From: Raja brachyura | Taxonomy: Eukaryota | DNA: 64,000 nucleotides | Assembly (NCBI GenBank): GCA_963514005.1 | Contig: OY740816.1 | Location: 25,172,001-25,236,000 of the forward strand | Direction: 5' to 3' | In this document: piece by piece, positions 63,711-64,000 of the stretch | How positions within the stretch are numbered: position 1 is the first letter of the stretch | How the letters are laid out: the number at the start of each line of letters is the position of its first letter | The notes under the pieces: model-generated | What the model saw: only the letters and a program-made list of their open reading frames with translations | Databases searched by the model: none | What the model was told of the DNA's origin: nothing | Program-made: the position numbers and the translations under genes

Positions 63711-64000
63711 ATAACCACAATCTATATTTATCGTGTTGTTTCATTTAATGTGGCTGTAAAGCTACAGCAAGTCAAAATTTAATAGGTCCGGTCCTGGTAC
63801 ATATTTCAATTAAACAATCTTCACTCTTGACTCAGTGATTTTTAATATATTTTCTAAATGCTTTCTTTTGCATTCCCCGACCACTGGTTCGGATATTTTT
63901 CTAATTCACTCTGGGAAAGAATGCACTGCAATACTGTTGACCTGAACTGCTGCCTGTGAGAAAGCATTCTGTGGTCTAAGAACTCCATGCAAGTATGTAT

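Overview
Eukaryotic, repeat-rich vertebrate DNA, most likely a cartilaginous fish (skate/ray), judged from HE1-type V-SINEs, shark-type CR1 LINEs and Penelope pLTR fragments. The window holds the 5' part of a + strand PKA catalytic-subunit gene (probably PRKACA; PRKACB not excluded). It has a CpG-island promoter built from ~82-bp GC-box/CRE/CCAAT tandem repeats and three mutually exclusive phase-1 first coding exons: an atypical non-myristoylated exon (5939-6047), a Cbeta2/CalphaL-like long exon (33286-33490) and a Calpha2/CalphaS-like 22-nt exon (54671-54692). I did not find exon 2 in the window. Almost all other ORFs in the track are TE debris or noise. The most notable signal is two ribozyme-bearing mobile systems. 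(1) A ~135-bp non-autonomous retroelement occurs in 4 copies with TSDs and a (GAA)n tail; its first 54 nt fold into a minimal, nearly P4-less, CPEB3-like HDV ribozyme whose predicted cleavage site is the element 5' end. (2) Many Penelope-like pLTR fragments carry minimal hammerhead cores and occur as solo, inverted-hairpin and 5x tandem forms. All folds were derived by eye; none has been tested.
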